Below are positions 51,901 through 64,000 of a stretch of DNA of 64,000 bases, in pieces (the first letter of the stretch is position 1; every line of letters begins with the position of its first letter). Below the pieces are notes generated by a model. That model saw only the letters and a list, made by a program, of their open reading frames with translations. It ran no database searches and was not told where the DNA came from. The position numbers and the translations under genes are program-made. The DNA is taken from NCBI GenBank assembly GCA_043228905.1, contig JBHGNT010000005.1, positions 5,890,001-5,954,000 on the forward strand, in the 5' to 3' direction. The stretch comes from Azolla caroliniana. Taxonomy: Eukaryota > Plantae > Polypodiophyta.

Positions 51901-52250
51901 AGTAATAAGTTGAATGTTGTCAACGTGAAGTTAATCTAGTAATGTTAGTACACAAAACTTTTTTATGGAGCTTAAAAAAATTAACACAATGCTAAAAAAT
52001 TTGCTCATGAGCCGAGTATAGCTAAAGAAAAGAACAATATAAAGATTAAATTGGGAATTCAAATTCTTTTGTTTCAGTTCATATACAAGTAATAAGTTGA
52101 ATGTTGTCAATGTGAAGTTAATATGATAACATTAGTACATAAAACCTTTTTATAGAACTTAAAAAAATTAACACAATGCTAAAAAATTTGCTCATGAGCC
52201 CAGTATAACTAAAGAAAAGAACAATATAAAGAATAAATTGAGAATTCAAA
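51898..52250. repeat. ~189-bp tandem duplication
   Basis: CAAGTAATAAGTTGAATGTTGTCAA...TTAAAAAAATTAACACAATGCTAAAAAATTTGCTCATGAGCC...GAATTCAAA occurs twice. Confidence 0.85.
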
Positions 52251-52599
52251 AATATTGAAAGGGATTCAAAGATATGTAAGAGAATGTAACAAGCTATTTC
52301 TACAATTCCTTGTACATTGGGTATTTACGGGATATACATATGTTTCTCAAAAGGTTTTTAGAATATCCCTCTCTATTGCTGCATAGAGGAGATGGGTATT
52401 CATTTTGGAAATTTCCAAAAACCTAACGGAGGGAATTCAACATAATGGGGATATGGTTATTTTTCCTCTTTGTTTATTCAAAGCGGCGAATAATATTTTA
52501 GTAGTGGAAACCACCATGCTTATTCTAGCATTTTGTGGGCTAAAAGGATAAAGCATTTATATGTGCCACCATTGAGGGAGAGAACTAGATTGTCCAAAG

Positions 52600-53060
52600 T
52601 TCAACCATGGCCCATGGGGCCAATGACGATAGGAAGTGGCAATAGAAACTTGCTTGGAAGTTATATTTGCAAAGGTGTCCAAGTTAAAGCCAAATGTGAT
52701 AGTCATTGATAAAGATCGGACACCATATAATGTTGTATCTAGTGTTATTGTTCAAGACTGTGAATCTTTGATTGTTGCGAATGGGGAACGTTCACAAACA
52801 TGTTGTCATCTTTTAATTGTGTCAGTTCCACGCTAAAAAAACATGGGTTGACAACTTGTTGCCCAGCGTAAGCGTTGCTAAAAGAAACCACCTCTACCAA
52901 AGAAACTTATGCATTGCATTACATAATATGCCTTCAATGCTATGTGTGAGGAGGTAAGGTAAGAATACTTGTACAAACTCAAAGTTTGCCAATATATAGA
53001 AGCTAGATGTTGTGGACAAAGTTGTGTTTGGAGGAATCTATGGCCCAAGTTTGGTAGACT
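52600..53060 (+). mobile_element. Degraded Mutator (MULE)-like transposase fragment
   Basis: KPNVIVIDKD, CHLLI..FHAKKTWVDNLL resemble the MULE DDE core with a CxxH-like region. Frameshifted. Confidence 0.55.
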
Positions 53061-53720
53061 ATTTAACTATGGACATGTTGATTATTTAGGTTTGTAGTGT
53101 GTAGAGTTTGTATGTGTACAACTCTAAGATTTTGATTTCGTGAACATATATGACATGTCGACTCCAACACGTGATCTTTGAAGTTTATAATCACGTTGAA
53201 AAAACTAGTGGCTGAAATTTTTATGGTGGCTAAAATTTGAATCTTCATTTAAATCATGTAGGTAACCCGGATTAGGTGTGCGTAATCGGGTTGTAAATTC
53301 GGTCCCAGGCCAGAGAAAAAGCGTATGGGTTAGAGCTTGCGTCTGGGTCAAGATGTAACAGAGCCAGTGGGCGGGGCCGAGTTAGATGCGAGAGAGGCTC
53401 ATAAGAGCCGGCTTGGTTTTCGGGCGCATGTATTTTTTTGTGGATAATGATCGGACGATGTAGATCGCACGCGCCATTCGAAACGTGCCCTGCACGGTCT
53501 GTGACCGCGATTTCCTCACCAAGCCACATACATGCATACATACATACATGCTCGTGTTGATTTGCACCATACATAATATGTACATGTACATGTACATGTA
53601 TGTATGTATACATACATACATACATATACATACATTATTACAAATTTACATACATACGCATGTATCTCTTCTCTTCACTTCAACATAACTGTAAATCCTA
53701 TACTACTTTGTACACTTTTG

Positions 53721-53729
53721 GGCGGGAAA
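53721..53729 (-). promoter_or_regulatory. E2F binding site (TTTCCCGCC) just upstream of the SPO11-3 ATG
   Basis: GGCGGGAAA on the + strand is the canonical plant E2F element TTTCCCGC, 36 bp before ATG 53765. Confidence 0.5.
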
Positions 53730-53764
53730 CGTCTGAGGGTCCATCGCTGCCGCCATCGCCTCCC

Positions 53765-55162
53765 ATGGCAGACAGAAGGAAACGAGCAACAGCAGTCGTC
53801 GATTACGATGAAGATGAAGAAGGAGACGACACAGACGACGACACAGACGACGGCGAAGAAGAACGAGAACAGAAGAACACGAGCAAGAGCAAGAGCAAGA
53901 GCAAGAAGAAGCGTGGCGAGGAGTCCGCAGATTCTTCTAAGCAACAAACAAGCGCAGCTCTCTCCTTCAAGAAGAAACTCAAGCCAGACAGCACCATCTT
54001 GGCCACTGTCACAGCCCTCGCGAAAGCGGAGCAAGAAGCAGAGATCAATAGCCTCTCCCTTTCTGACCTGCAACTCCCGCACGCTTTTAAAGAGGTATCT
54101 GAATTGTCTCCTGACTCTGTTGTTTCTGAAATCGAGAAATGCATTCTTTCAGTTGCCAAATCCATCCTCTCTGGCAATGGCTTTGGATATAACGTCCCTT
54201 CTCGTGGCGGAGCTAACCAGATATATGTTCCTGAGATCGATCGCATCGTTTTGAAAGATAAATCTTCCTTTCGCGAGTTTTCTAACAGTTCTAGTGTCAG
54301 AAAAACTGCCATAACCACACGTATCCTTCAGCTTATTCATCAACTCTGTATCAAGCAGATCCATGTCACAAAACGTGACCTTTTCTACACAGACGTGAAA
54401 CTTTTCCAAGATCAAGTCCAGTCTGATACTGTTCTTGATGACGTTTCGTGTATGCTTGGATGTACTAGATCGAGCTTAAACGTTGTAGCTTCTGAGAAAG
54501 GAGTTGTGGTGGGACGTCTTATCTTCACAGAGGATGGAGATAGGATCGATTGTACAAAGATGGGGGTAGGAGGTAAAGCCATACCTCCTAACATAGATAA
54601 GGTTGGAGATATGGAAAGCGATGCTCTCTTCATTCTTCTTGTTGAGAAAGATGCAGCGTTCATGAGACTTGCAGAAGATAGGTTCTATAACCGATTCCCT
54701 TGCGTCATTGTTACTGCAAAAGGGCAACCTGATGTTGCCACTAGGTTGTTTCTTAAGAAGATGAAACGAGACTTGAAATTGCCTGTTTTAGGTCTTGTCG
54801 ATAGTGATCCATATGGATTGAAGATCCTTTCAGTTTATATGAGTGGATCAAAGAATATGTCTTATGATAGCTGCAACCTCACAACTCCTGATATCAAATG
54901 GCTCGGTGTTCGTCCTTCTGATCTGAACAAGTACAAAATTCCTGAGCAATGCAGATTGCCAATGACAGATCAGGATATAAAGACCGGTAAGGACTTGCTT
55001 GAAGAAGATTTTATAAAGAAAGACCCGAATTGGTATGCTGAGCTCGAGTTAATGGTTAAGACGAAGGAAAAGGCTGAAATCCAAGCTTTGAGTTCCTTTG
55101 GATTTCAGTATCTTTCAGAAGTTTACCTGCCAATGAAGCTTCAGGAAAAAGATTGGATCTGA
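53765..55162 (+). CDS. SPO11-3: DNA topoisomerase VI subunit A (SPO11-3/RHL2/BIN5 type), single exon, 465 aa
   Basis: [16 protein letters not shown], catalytic Tyr in [13 protein letters not shown], Toprim ILLVEKDA and LVDSDPYG, C-terminus [24 protein letters not shown]. True start is probably MADRRKR at 53765; the upstream ORF extension is microsatellite. Confidence 0.95.
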   Translation: MADRRKRATAVVDYDEDEEGDDTDDDTDDGEEEREQKNTSKSKSKSKKKRGEESADSSKQQTSAALSFKKKLKPDSTILATVTALAKAEQEAEINSLSLSDLQLPHAFKEVSELSPDSVVSEIEKCILSVAKSILSGNGFGYNVPSRGGANQIYVPEIDRIVLKDKSSFREFSNSSSVRKTAITTRILQLIHQLCIKQIHVTKRDLFYTDVKLFQDQVQSDTVLDDVSCMLGCTRSSLNVVASEKGVVVGRLIFTEDGDRIDCTKMGVGGKAIPPNIDKVGDMESDALFILLVEKDAAFMRLAEDRFYNRFPCVIVTAKGQPDVATRLFLKKMKRDLKLPVLGLVDSDPYGLKILSVYMSGSKNMSYDSCNLTTPDIKWLGVRPSDLNKYKIPEQCRLPMTDQDIKTGKDLLEEDFIKKDPNWYAELELMVKTKEKAEIQALSSFGFQYLSEVYLPMKLQEKDWI

Positions 55163-56469
55163 TCAGAATCTAGGATATATATGCCAAACAATGAGAATTC
55201 ATTTTGCACTTGTCTTTACTGGCTGAAATATTCCTCACTAAGGTTGGTCAAATGATATGCACTAGTCCTTAAAATTCTTAATGTAATTCAGACAGGCACA
55301 CCAAATGGTTTAACTTAAACCCATATGGTTTATATTTCTTTCTGATTTTTTGATTCTATTCTTAGTCCACATTTAAAGAAGAGAGCCTGAAAATGAAGGT
55401 GAAGCATGGAGCACGAATAAGGACTAAGAGAATGGAAACTGTTACAGCTACAAGTTTATGCTAATAAGTACATGCACTGTGCTCATGTAGAACATGATCT
55501 TGGTAGTGCATATCTTGAACTTTCTTTTCACGAAGTGCTTGGTTTGAACGTATTGTGGCATTTTTGGAATCATCAAAGGTTTTAAATAAACAGAAAAGTA
55601 TTCTATTGATCCAATATTTGCATGAATACAATAAACCAAACTATCTGTTGTCAATATGAATGGCTAAATTGAAGCATGATTTGCATCACAAGGTGTTACA
55701 GTGAGTGTGGCTCTAATCAAACGATTAGATCGTCAAATATCAGAAACTTTTAAATTGCCAGTCAATTTATTTCTGCCATTGAGTTTAGCTTGAAAGCCAT
55801 TGAATAAATATTTGCATCCTCATGAGGAGTGTCCAAAACTACTCTGGGTATTTTCAGTTTACTTTTATTATGTGGATTAGGTCTTAAAATTAACCTACCT
55901 TAGTCAGTTACATACATTTAAGCACCAATCCTTCAAATTTCTAACGTGGAAATCAATTATTAACTTACTGAGAATTATTAACTTATTTCCACATAATGGA
56001 AGAATAAATCAATTTGTGATTGATGCACCCCTTCCTAATGATTTAATGGAGGGGTCATTTTAAGAGCATATACTATTCTTGAGAAAGGTTACAAAGTGAT
56101 AATTTTGAAAATATCGAGGATAGAACCATTATCACTCTTAATATAAAGTGGATAATATAAGCACATTTACTATTTTAATCATAAAATATATTGCAAAAAT
56201 GTACCATCTTTTTACCTAGGCCATATAGTGACATCTATGAGGGATAATTTTATATTTTCCTAAATGTGCTTGTCGTTTTCCTAATCATACGGTTGCCAAT
56301 TTCAAGCAATAATAATTGATGTTTATTGATTAGTACATCTTATAATGTGAAGTACAATTCAATTCCACACATGTCATTCTTAGATTATGATTGAGAAATG
56401 ACTGACGTAGTTAAAACATTCATAATCCAACCCATATATATCATTGTGTGGCACTTCATACTGTTCCCC

Positions 56470-56625
56470 ATAGGGTGAATAATCTATCAATAACAACTTG
56501 GTTATGTTTTAACCCAATGTATGCATATATGATTGAGAACTTATGTCCACGCCATTGTTGAGTTCCACAGGGCGAATAACCTATCAATAACAACTTGGGT
56601 ATATTTTAACCCAATGTATGGATAT
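56470..56625. repeat. ~98-bp-spaced local duplication
   Basis: GAATAA.CTATCAATAACAACTTGG.TAT.TTTTAACCCAATGTATG occurs twice. Confidence 0.7.
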
Positions 56626-56974
56626 TTGACCATAAACTGGACAGAGTCAAGAGAACAATGACACCCTAAAAGTACATCAAATGTTCCCCTATTCCATAGC
56701 TTCGCATAATGATTTCGCATGTGTCTCACCATAGATAATTAACTTACATTATCCTGGATCATATGGAAAGTCAAACGTGATCAATACATACAGTCAGGAT
56801 ATGCAGATCTTGAGTATGGATTCTGGGAAAGCATAAACAAGAATAAGAAAAATAGAACACAATAGAGATTTGCTTTGCTTTGTTACAAGGTTATTATGGC
56901 TTTCAAAAGAACAGAACAAAATTTTGAAGCAAAAAACTTTTGCATTGAAAATCTTAAGAGTTGTCCTGTGAAGA

Positions 56975-59900
56975 TCAGCGACTAGCATATGCACCTACTT
57001 TCCATCTACTAGGATCAATCCGAAGACCATCCAAATAACAAGGTGCCATAACAAAAGGAGGGAGAACAGGAAATGAGAACTTATCTCCTAATAATGGCAG
57101 TTCTCTTTCATAACTGCCCAAGACATTGTTCATTCCTGCTGCTATAGCAGGCTGAGGCCTGCCAAACCTCTCCATTATATACGAGAAGGCACCAAATGTT
57201 ATACAACTCCTCAGAAGTGCTTCTGGATTTCCTGAAGTGCAAGAAAGTTCCAAACATTAAAAGAAGCAGCAAAGAAGTTATAAGAAAGGTAGATAATTAG
57301 CTGTTTTGTGCAACATTCAGTCACTGTATATAATGGCACATCCAGAATTCGTTGTCATTCACCTGGGGTGCTCAAAGCAAGACCAGTGGCACATCCAGCA
57401 ATACCTGCATTAATAGCTGCAAGCAATAAAGAACCACAGATTAGCCCTTCATTACTTCTCCACAGCCTTTTTGAAAAGTGTATTGAGCACCGACACACAA
57501 AAATCTCCTTTGATATTCAAAAATTTCACCAGCCATTTAGATGGATAAGAAAGTGAAAATAACAAAGCACTCACAGAAATCAACGCTCTATAAGGTAAGT
57601 TGCTAGATGAAAGCCTCACAAATTTCATTCTACACCATATCTAATGTTGATATACAATCCTATATATCTTTATTAATTTAACTTGCACAATTTAGGTGAA
57701 TAGAGACAGAATAATATGCATAAGACTTTGACAGGTAATTCATCATTCACCTTACCTCTATAGAAACTATAATCTTTTTAAGTATGAGGCTCTTTATTTT
57801 AGCTATGAAAGCTACATGATGCATAGGCTGTACAGACTTACCATCTTGCTTCCCTCGAATTTTCCTCAGAAAACATGAGACAAACGTATGCACTCCAGAA
57901 AGCAATGCGAATGTCTAAAATAAAAATTGTATCACATGAGCCCAAAAACATTTCTATATCTATTTCTTAAGCACAGTCTTGATGATTTATAACCTTTGCA
58001 GATGAGCCAGCCTCTTTTAGGGATCCCTTGAAACCTTGTCTCTTCCACAATCCTTGGCCTATATGAGCATTCAGAAACTCAATCAGCAAAAAACTAAGCA
58101 TAATATTGTTCACTTTAACTTCATAGAAAAAGATAGTCATACTGGTGATGATGTAATAATGACATCCTCCAGGAGCCTTAATGTGCAAAAGTAACATAAA
58201 GGGAATATTCCTCATTTAATGTGAGTACATGATGAGTCAATGCTTTAGCCTTTAGGATGGCATACTCAATAGATCATTCGTAAGACCAAATCATTCCATC
58301 TCTTTCCCCCAATGTGTAAATGTGACTAAATTTCAACTTCTTGATATTACATTATTTGAACGAGACCATATTGAAAAAATAATAGACCACTACTTCATGG
58401 CTAGAAGAAAATATGACCTGCAGCTTTAATTTGGTCAATATTATGTTAGGATATGAAAACAACATTTTCTAGCAGATAAATGATGTTGGGTGTGAAAAAA
58501 CACCAGCTATGCTCACATATGTGGTCAACGAAAAAGGGTGGGTGCATTGAATTCAGTCGATGGTTGCGTTCGACAATGGGCCTAACAATCCACTATATAT
58601 AAACAAATCTTAAAGTGAATTCTGGGGTTGGATCTCACTTCATCAACTGAATTGTTTCAGTATTTGTGAGCTTTGGCGCACATGAGCTAGAGCTGTGGTG
58701 CATAAAAACCCTCGGTGAAAATCATGCTTCAACACTCTGCTAATAATACATTAATTTCCGTTCTCTCCATTGTGTACTCTGTTGAGTATCTGTTTGTGCA
58801 TCTTGTTCCCGTGAAAACATACATGGAACCAAAGCTATATAGAGGTTCTGCACTTTTTACTTGAAAATAGTGAGGAAGGCAAACATGAAGAGGCAGAGAT
58901 GATTGAACAAGATTTATGATTGATAGGTAAGCACCGCAGATGACGCCAGAAAGTGGTGTTAAATGTGGAATTCCTAGCAGGGTGTGGCCAGTCACCAGTA
59001 ATGTCAGAGGGGAAGCTCAATGTGACATGCTCAAAATGTACAATCTTGGATTTGAATGAGCTCTTGCACACCAGCCTCAGACTTGATGTCAAACTGGTGA
59101 GAGCAATGGATCCATAGAACCTGATGGTCATGATTGCTCCAACCGTTGCAGAATTGCAAGCATGTAACAGGCATAATGCAGATGCATGGTATGAAATCAT
59201 AATGGGACAACTGATTCAGTGTTGATTTTGACTCAACACACATTGAAGGTGATTTGATATGATGCAAACACTCTGTATACAATGGTCATGGAGACAGCTG
59301 ATTTAATGTCAAGGTTGATTCAACATAAGTTGAAGGTTTGTGATCATTCTGTCAATAGTGCAGATGATATCAACAAATGGTATTGGAAGTGGGACTCCTG
59401 GTCACATAAAGCCATGGTTGTTGCCAATAGTGTTGGAGGGAAAGCGGGAAAAACTACAATCTGCGGAAGTTGGAAAGTTTCCACCATTTGTACAAGCTCC
59501 TGCACACTGTACTTAGACTAGATGCCAAGCTGATGGGACTATAGGCCCAAAGGACCTGACACTCATGGTATTTGGCTGAAGATGAAACTGGAGTTGTGGT
59601 TAATGGAGGAAGCAGATAGAATCAGGTTCCCTGAACTCACTAAAGCATGGTCAAGAGCAGATGCATCAGGACATTTGGTCCTTGATACCGAAGTCAGCAC
59701 ATGTTGAGTCGAGGGAACTAGTTTCGGAACTTGAGGAATGTCAACGATTGTTCGTCATAATGCAGAACAAGCAGAAATGTCCAGCAGATGGAAGTAGATC
59801 AATATATCATGTCATGTGAGAACTGAAAGGGGTGAAACGAAGTGCTTGGAAGATATTGTTCTGATATTCAAAATCTGTCAAAATCCAGTATCAGTGTCGA

Positions 59901-61431
59901 GATTGGCAATGAGATCTTTTCCAAGTCAGGTGAGAAAATCTGCTTAAACACCGCGCAAGCAGTTGGGTCCAAGGAGCACAGAGGAAATTTGTTTGAGCTA
60001 ACTGCATTATCAAGGAAAAGCACAAGACAGTAGCAAATGTGCAGGTATGGCATCAACACTTTGGGCAGCAGAGTTTCTTGATATTCTGGAAGGTGCAAGT
60101 AGATGGCTGATGGCAGATACATGAACGCCCAGATTGGCTGAAGTGCCTTGGAAGAATGGTGCTTGCACGTTGAGAAAGAACATGGGAAGTCTTTCCCAAA
60201 AACTCTCCTCTAGAGTTGGTCCATGCCAATCTCTGCAGAAAAATGACAATGAAAGCCAATTGTCTTACTTTTTCCTCACTGAGAATGATTATAGTAGTAT
60301 GGAGATGCCGACATTCACTACTCCTCTGGAGAACAGTGATCACTGATGCTCAGCCATCTTCCTTCAAGAGGTAAGCTGACATAGAGAGTGTTTCTCGATG
60401 GTGAGTTCGACAATCACTGATTCACCTAGGCAGCGAACTGTGACAGATCTCTTCTGCACAGATTCTAGTAGGGACATTCCTGATGATGTTTTACAAGCAA
60501 ATATACCAGGCAATGTGGACATAGAGAGCATCTTGATTAAGAGGTTGACACTAACTGATCCACCTAGGCCAAAAACTTTGACAGATTTCTTCTGCATGAA
60601 TTCTAGTATCCATACTCCTGATGGTGTAGCAAAACTCCCAGACGAAGTGGACATAGAGAGCATCTCTTCATGAAAATGCAACACTCACTGGTCCACCTAG
60701 GCAGAGAACTCTGACAGATTTCTTTGGCATCGATTCTAAAAGGGATACAAATACTCAAATCCATCATCATACCGCATTTGGGACATCTTCCTCGTTCTGT
60801 TGACCTTTTGATATTGGATAACCCCATGATTCGAAGTTTGAGAGGGAAGCAATTAAAGTTCCAAAGACTAGGCACCAATACTGCTCTTTAATTATCCATG
60901 ATTCATGTTTACATTCCATGACATTTACTTTATGAAGCTATCAAAGAATGCATTTTTCTTTTGTTACCTGCATTGACGAGTTAACATAAACCATTATAAT
61001 ATTTGCCTTGTCTCACACGACATTAAGTCTTTTAGAGACCCTTTTCTCTCTCTCACAGCACACTTTGCCCTAAACAAGTTCAAGAGTCTACGTATCACAA
61101 TTTGATACAATGCTCTACCTTTGATCACATTCAACCATGGTTTCCACACATCTTCAACTAAACCCAATCCTTGTACAAACTTCTCTCACGGTCACAATGT
61201 GAACTCTCAATTGCAACATTCATTAGTAAAATTCTTGACAATAGAGAGTCATTACTCACTTTCACATGTAATATGTGAAAAATATTAATATTTTTGGTCA
61301 CATAGGTAATATGTGACTCTGAAGTGAATAATAAAATATTATCTCTCTCTCATATATATATATATATATTGTGTGTATGTGTGTGTGCAAGGAAGCATGT
61401 AAGTGCAGACGTATATTTGAGTGTGTGTGTA

Positions 61432-61467
<36 letters not shown>

Positions 61468-61877
61468 TGTTTTGACAATAATCACTAAACTTCTTGAGCA
61501 TAGTTAGAGATAAGATTACCACATACGCTCTAAACAGCAGTTCGTCATATTATGTAGGGTCCATGTATATGACACCTGATCATGAGAAATCTCTCATGTC
61601 GCTGTCTCTCACACATGCACGCACACACGCAAATGCACATTGATGTTATATAGCAGTATGCAGCAGGAACATCTTCTAATATGCTATCTTATTTTCTTTG
61701 GTATTAGATGGAGACAGGAATGCAGGAGGAGGAGAGAGTTCTTTTACCCAAACCAAAGACGGAGCCCATGGCGCCTCCTATAAATCCATCACGAAGCCCT
61801 GTCACCACACAGATAACAGAGGGTTCGGACTGAGGAGGAGGAGGAGATGCTTCAATCGCTGATCCTGCTTCTTTCAT
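56975..61877 (-). CDS. Tim17/Tim22/Tim23 (PRAT) family membrane protein, HP20/TIM22-2-like
   Basis: Exons 61748-61877, 57994-58057, 57842-57914, 57363-57416, 56975-57231. Translation [41 protein letters not shown]...[44 protein letters not shown] matches recalled HP20/HP22 proteins. Confidence 0.9.
58740..60900 (+). other. Anonymous degraded coding-like insertion in intron 1 of the TIM22-like gene, with three copies of a ~130-140-bp repeat
   Basis: More GC-rich than flanking intron. Long stop-interrupted + frames. Repeated CACCTAGGC...TGACAGAT.TCTT and GACATAGAGAG at 60380-60730. Confidence 0.4.
61058..61330. repeat. Dispersed repeat, copy B (homologous to 14670-14960)
   Basis: Same blocks and orientation as copy A. 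Confidence 0.75.
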
Positions 61878-62499
61878 AATTTTGTTGTTTCGATTAAAGC
61901 CCTGTTTCTGGCTTGCATTCTTCTTTCCTGGGGGAAGATCTCTGTAGAAGAATATCCGTCCCGCTGTTTTTCTTTATTTGTCGGATGCCCCTGTGATTTC
62001 CAGTATTTCCACAAATGCCCCCTTGCTTCTTCTTCTTCTTTTTGGTTCCTCGTGTCGTATACCTACCTATAGGCTATGAAGAGAAAAAAAAACCATCAAC
62101 AACTACTGATACAGTAGATGATCTTGAGATGTTCATTGAGATCCCATACACTTTAAGGAACCACAAGATGAAAAGACCAACAAAAAAAAGTCATCAGTTA
62201 GAGTGTTATAGTATCAATCCTTCGCTTTCGTTCGTCCTTTCAAGAAGTCCCCGACCCCGGAAGAACCTGAGTGCCCCGTTGTTATTCGTTATACCCCCTC
62301 CTCTCCCAGGTCCTCCACAAATGACCCTTCAAAGACCAAGTTTTACCCTTTGACTTTGAAACCTTCTTACATTACCTTTACATGTTTTGATTTCTTTGGT
62401 CCTACAGGCCGTATTTGGCCACCAAAGATGATAATGAGATATCTCACCTTCTTCTTCTTTTCAAGAAGAGTCTCGCATTCTAAGAAAAAAGAACATTCA

Positions 62500-63545
62500 C
62501 AATTCCCAATGCGGTCGAACTCAAAGAATTGAACAATGCCAAAGAGAGTTACGACATTTACAAACATTCTATATGAATGAGGGTGTTGAACTTTATGAAA
62601 ATTTATGTAGAAGAATCCAATGAGGGAGTTTGTGTTTCCATACACGGTCATCAACAATGAAAATGACCCTAATATAAGGAATGCCTCTCTGTCTCGGTAA
62701 CCCTTGAACAACATGTGGAGTCATACCACTAACTTTTGAGTGTGTGGTTCAACTTAGTCGGTATGATGATTGAGGTCTCTCGTGTAAATGATGTCTTGCA
62801 ACCAAATATTTGGGAGCATCAATCCTTCCAAATATTCCATAATGCAATACTTGAGATTGTAGGAAACATCTCAATGATGACCTCAACCTTTCTAAGTGTA
62901 AAAATCACCACAATATCTCAATAATACCCTATATATGTGAGCATAAATACAAGATGCGAGAACTGCCTTTGTATTTACATGTAAATCGATTGTAAGCCTT
63001 TATCACAACATTGCTCCCTACATTCGTAGCCCTAGAGTGAACGCAACAAACGCATTGGACATTAAACACTATAAATTATGAGAACACAAATATAGAAATA
63101 GACAATGTACATGTAGATCATGCTCAACTTCAACCGCCCAAAGTCCCCACATGTAGTTGTACGTGTATAATCTCCCATTTAATGTAGACCATTGCTAAAC
63201 TATTATATGATAAAATTAAGCATACAAACATATTCAAACTCATTATATTAATATTGAGATGAAGCCATGTGTCCCTTATCCACACAATATTTGAATAAGT
63301 ATTTACAATTTTATTGCAGAGTGGAGGCCCACCACTACTCCCCATGATCCCAAATACTACGTTCAATTTGCTCTTTCTCCACTCACCTCAAACATTTATG
63401 GTTAGTTCTCTAAATATGGCAAAGTTTGATGGAAGCAAATGTAAGTGCATTTGAAAGTTTGATGATTCATTGTTGCTTCATAGATTTCCATAAAGCTTTT
63501 GATATGGTGCCTTCCGAACATGTTTCTTTTTTCCAAAAAAGAATA
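62500..63545. mobile_element. LINE (RTE-like) remnants: endonuclease-region fragment (-) and RT fragment (+)
   Basis: + strand 63470-63530 reads CCFIDFHKAFDMVP (RT DFxKAFD motif). - strand has IVWIRDTWLH and WYDSTC. Confidence 0.5.
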
Positions 63546-63899
63546 TGCTCCATTAGTTAAATACGTTGTCAGGGTAGTTGTGGTTCATGCGGCGAAGTCG
63601 CGGGGACTAAGGTTAAGGGGAGTTGAAGAAACTTAACTTTTAATAAGGCTTGTATGGTGATGATAGAATGGTTAAGCATAGTAAGAAGAAGAGTTACGAG
63701 TAATGTGCGTGTGTGTGTGTGAGAGAGAGAGAGAGACGAGCATAGATAAAAGATAGAGACAATGTATGATTCAAGAAAGAAGATTGAGACAAAGTATGAT
63801 TCAAGGAACAAGAGTATATGATATAAACAAGATGTATATTAAATATATAATATTTTACCAACTTTACAATCCTTGATCGCAAGATGAATCTTTTCAATA

Positions 63900-63955
63900 C
63901 CGACCCTTGATTTGAACCCACGACTTCCATTTTGAAATGCGAGGCTCTTCACCGA
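63900..63955 (-). mobile_element. tRNA-derived SINE-like head
   Basis: Minus strand CGGTGAAGAG...GAAGTCGTGGGTTCAAATC, A-box/B-box like. Confidence 0.4.
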
Positions 63956-64000
63956 ATAAGATATCTTCAATACTTGTTTAGATTCTTTTCTCCCCCTTCC

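Noticed and set aside
53600-53764. N-terminal 55 aa of the 520-aa ORF as part of SPO11-3
   Set aside because: It is translated (TACA)n microsatellite and leader. The credible start is ATG 53765 (CCATGG context).

Overview
Gene-dense nuclear DNA from a land plant. Protein sequences, intron style and TE content suggest a fern or other non-seed plant; this is an inference. Seven intact protein-coding genes were traced exon by exon: U2AF65 (+, 18 exons), FCF2-like rRNA-processing factor (+), RBM25 RRM/PWI splicing factor (-), type I inositol polyphosphate 5-phosphatase (-), importin beta-1 (-), intronless SPO11-3/TOP6A (+) and a TIM17/22/23-family HP20-like protein (-). Between them lie degraded LINE, Gypsy, Copia-LTR, MULE, MITE and tRNA-SINE remnants, many microsatellites and local tandem duplications. 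There are also two gene fragments (RRC1/U2SURP and SAC/FIG4) and a plastid 23S rRNA-derived inverted repeat. No convincing new multi-gene system was found. The best leads are regulatory or structural: a candidate poison exon in U2AF65, an LTR inserted in the FCF2 5' region next to a triplicated exon-like unit, a uORF-loaded RBM25 leader, and the 23S-derived hairpin. All homology calls come from recalled motifs, not database searches.
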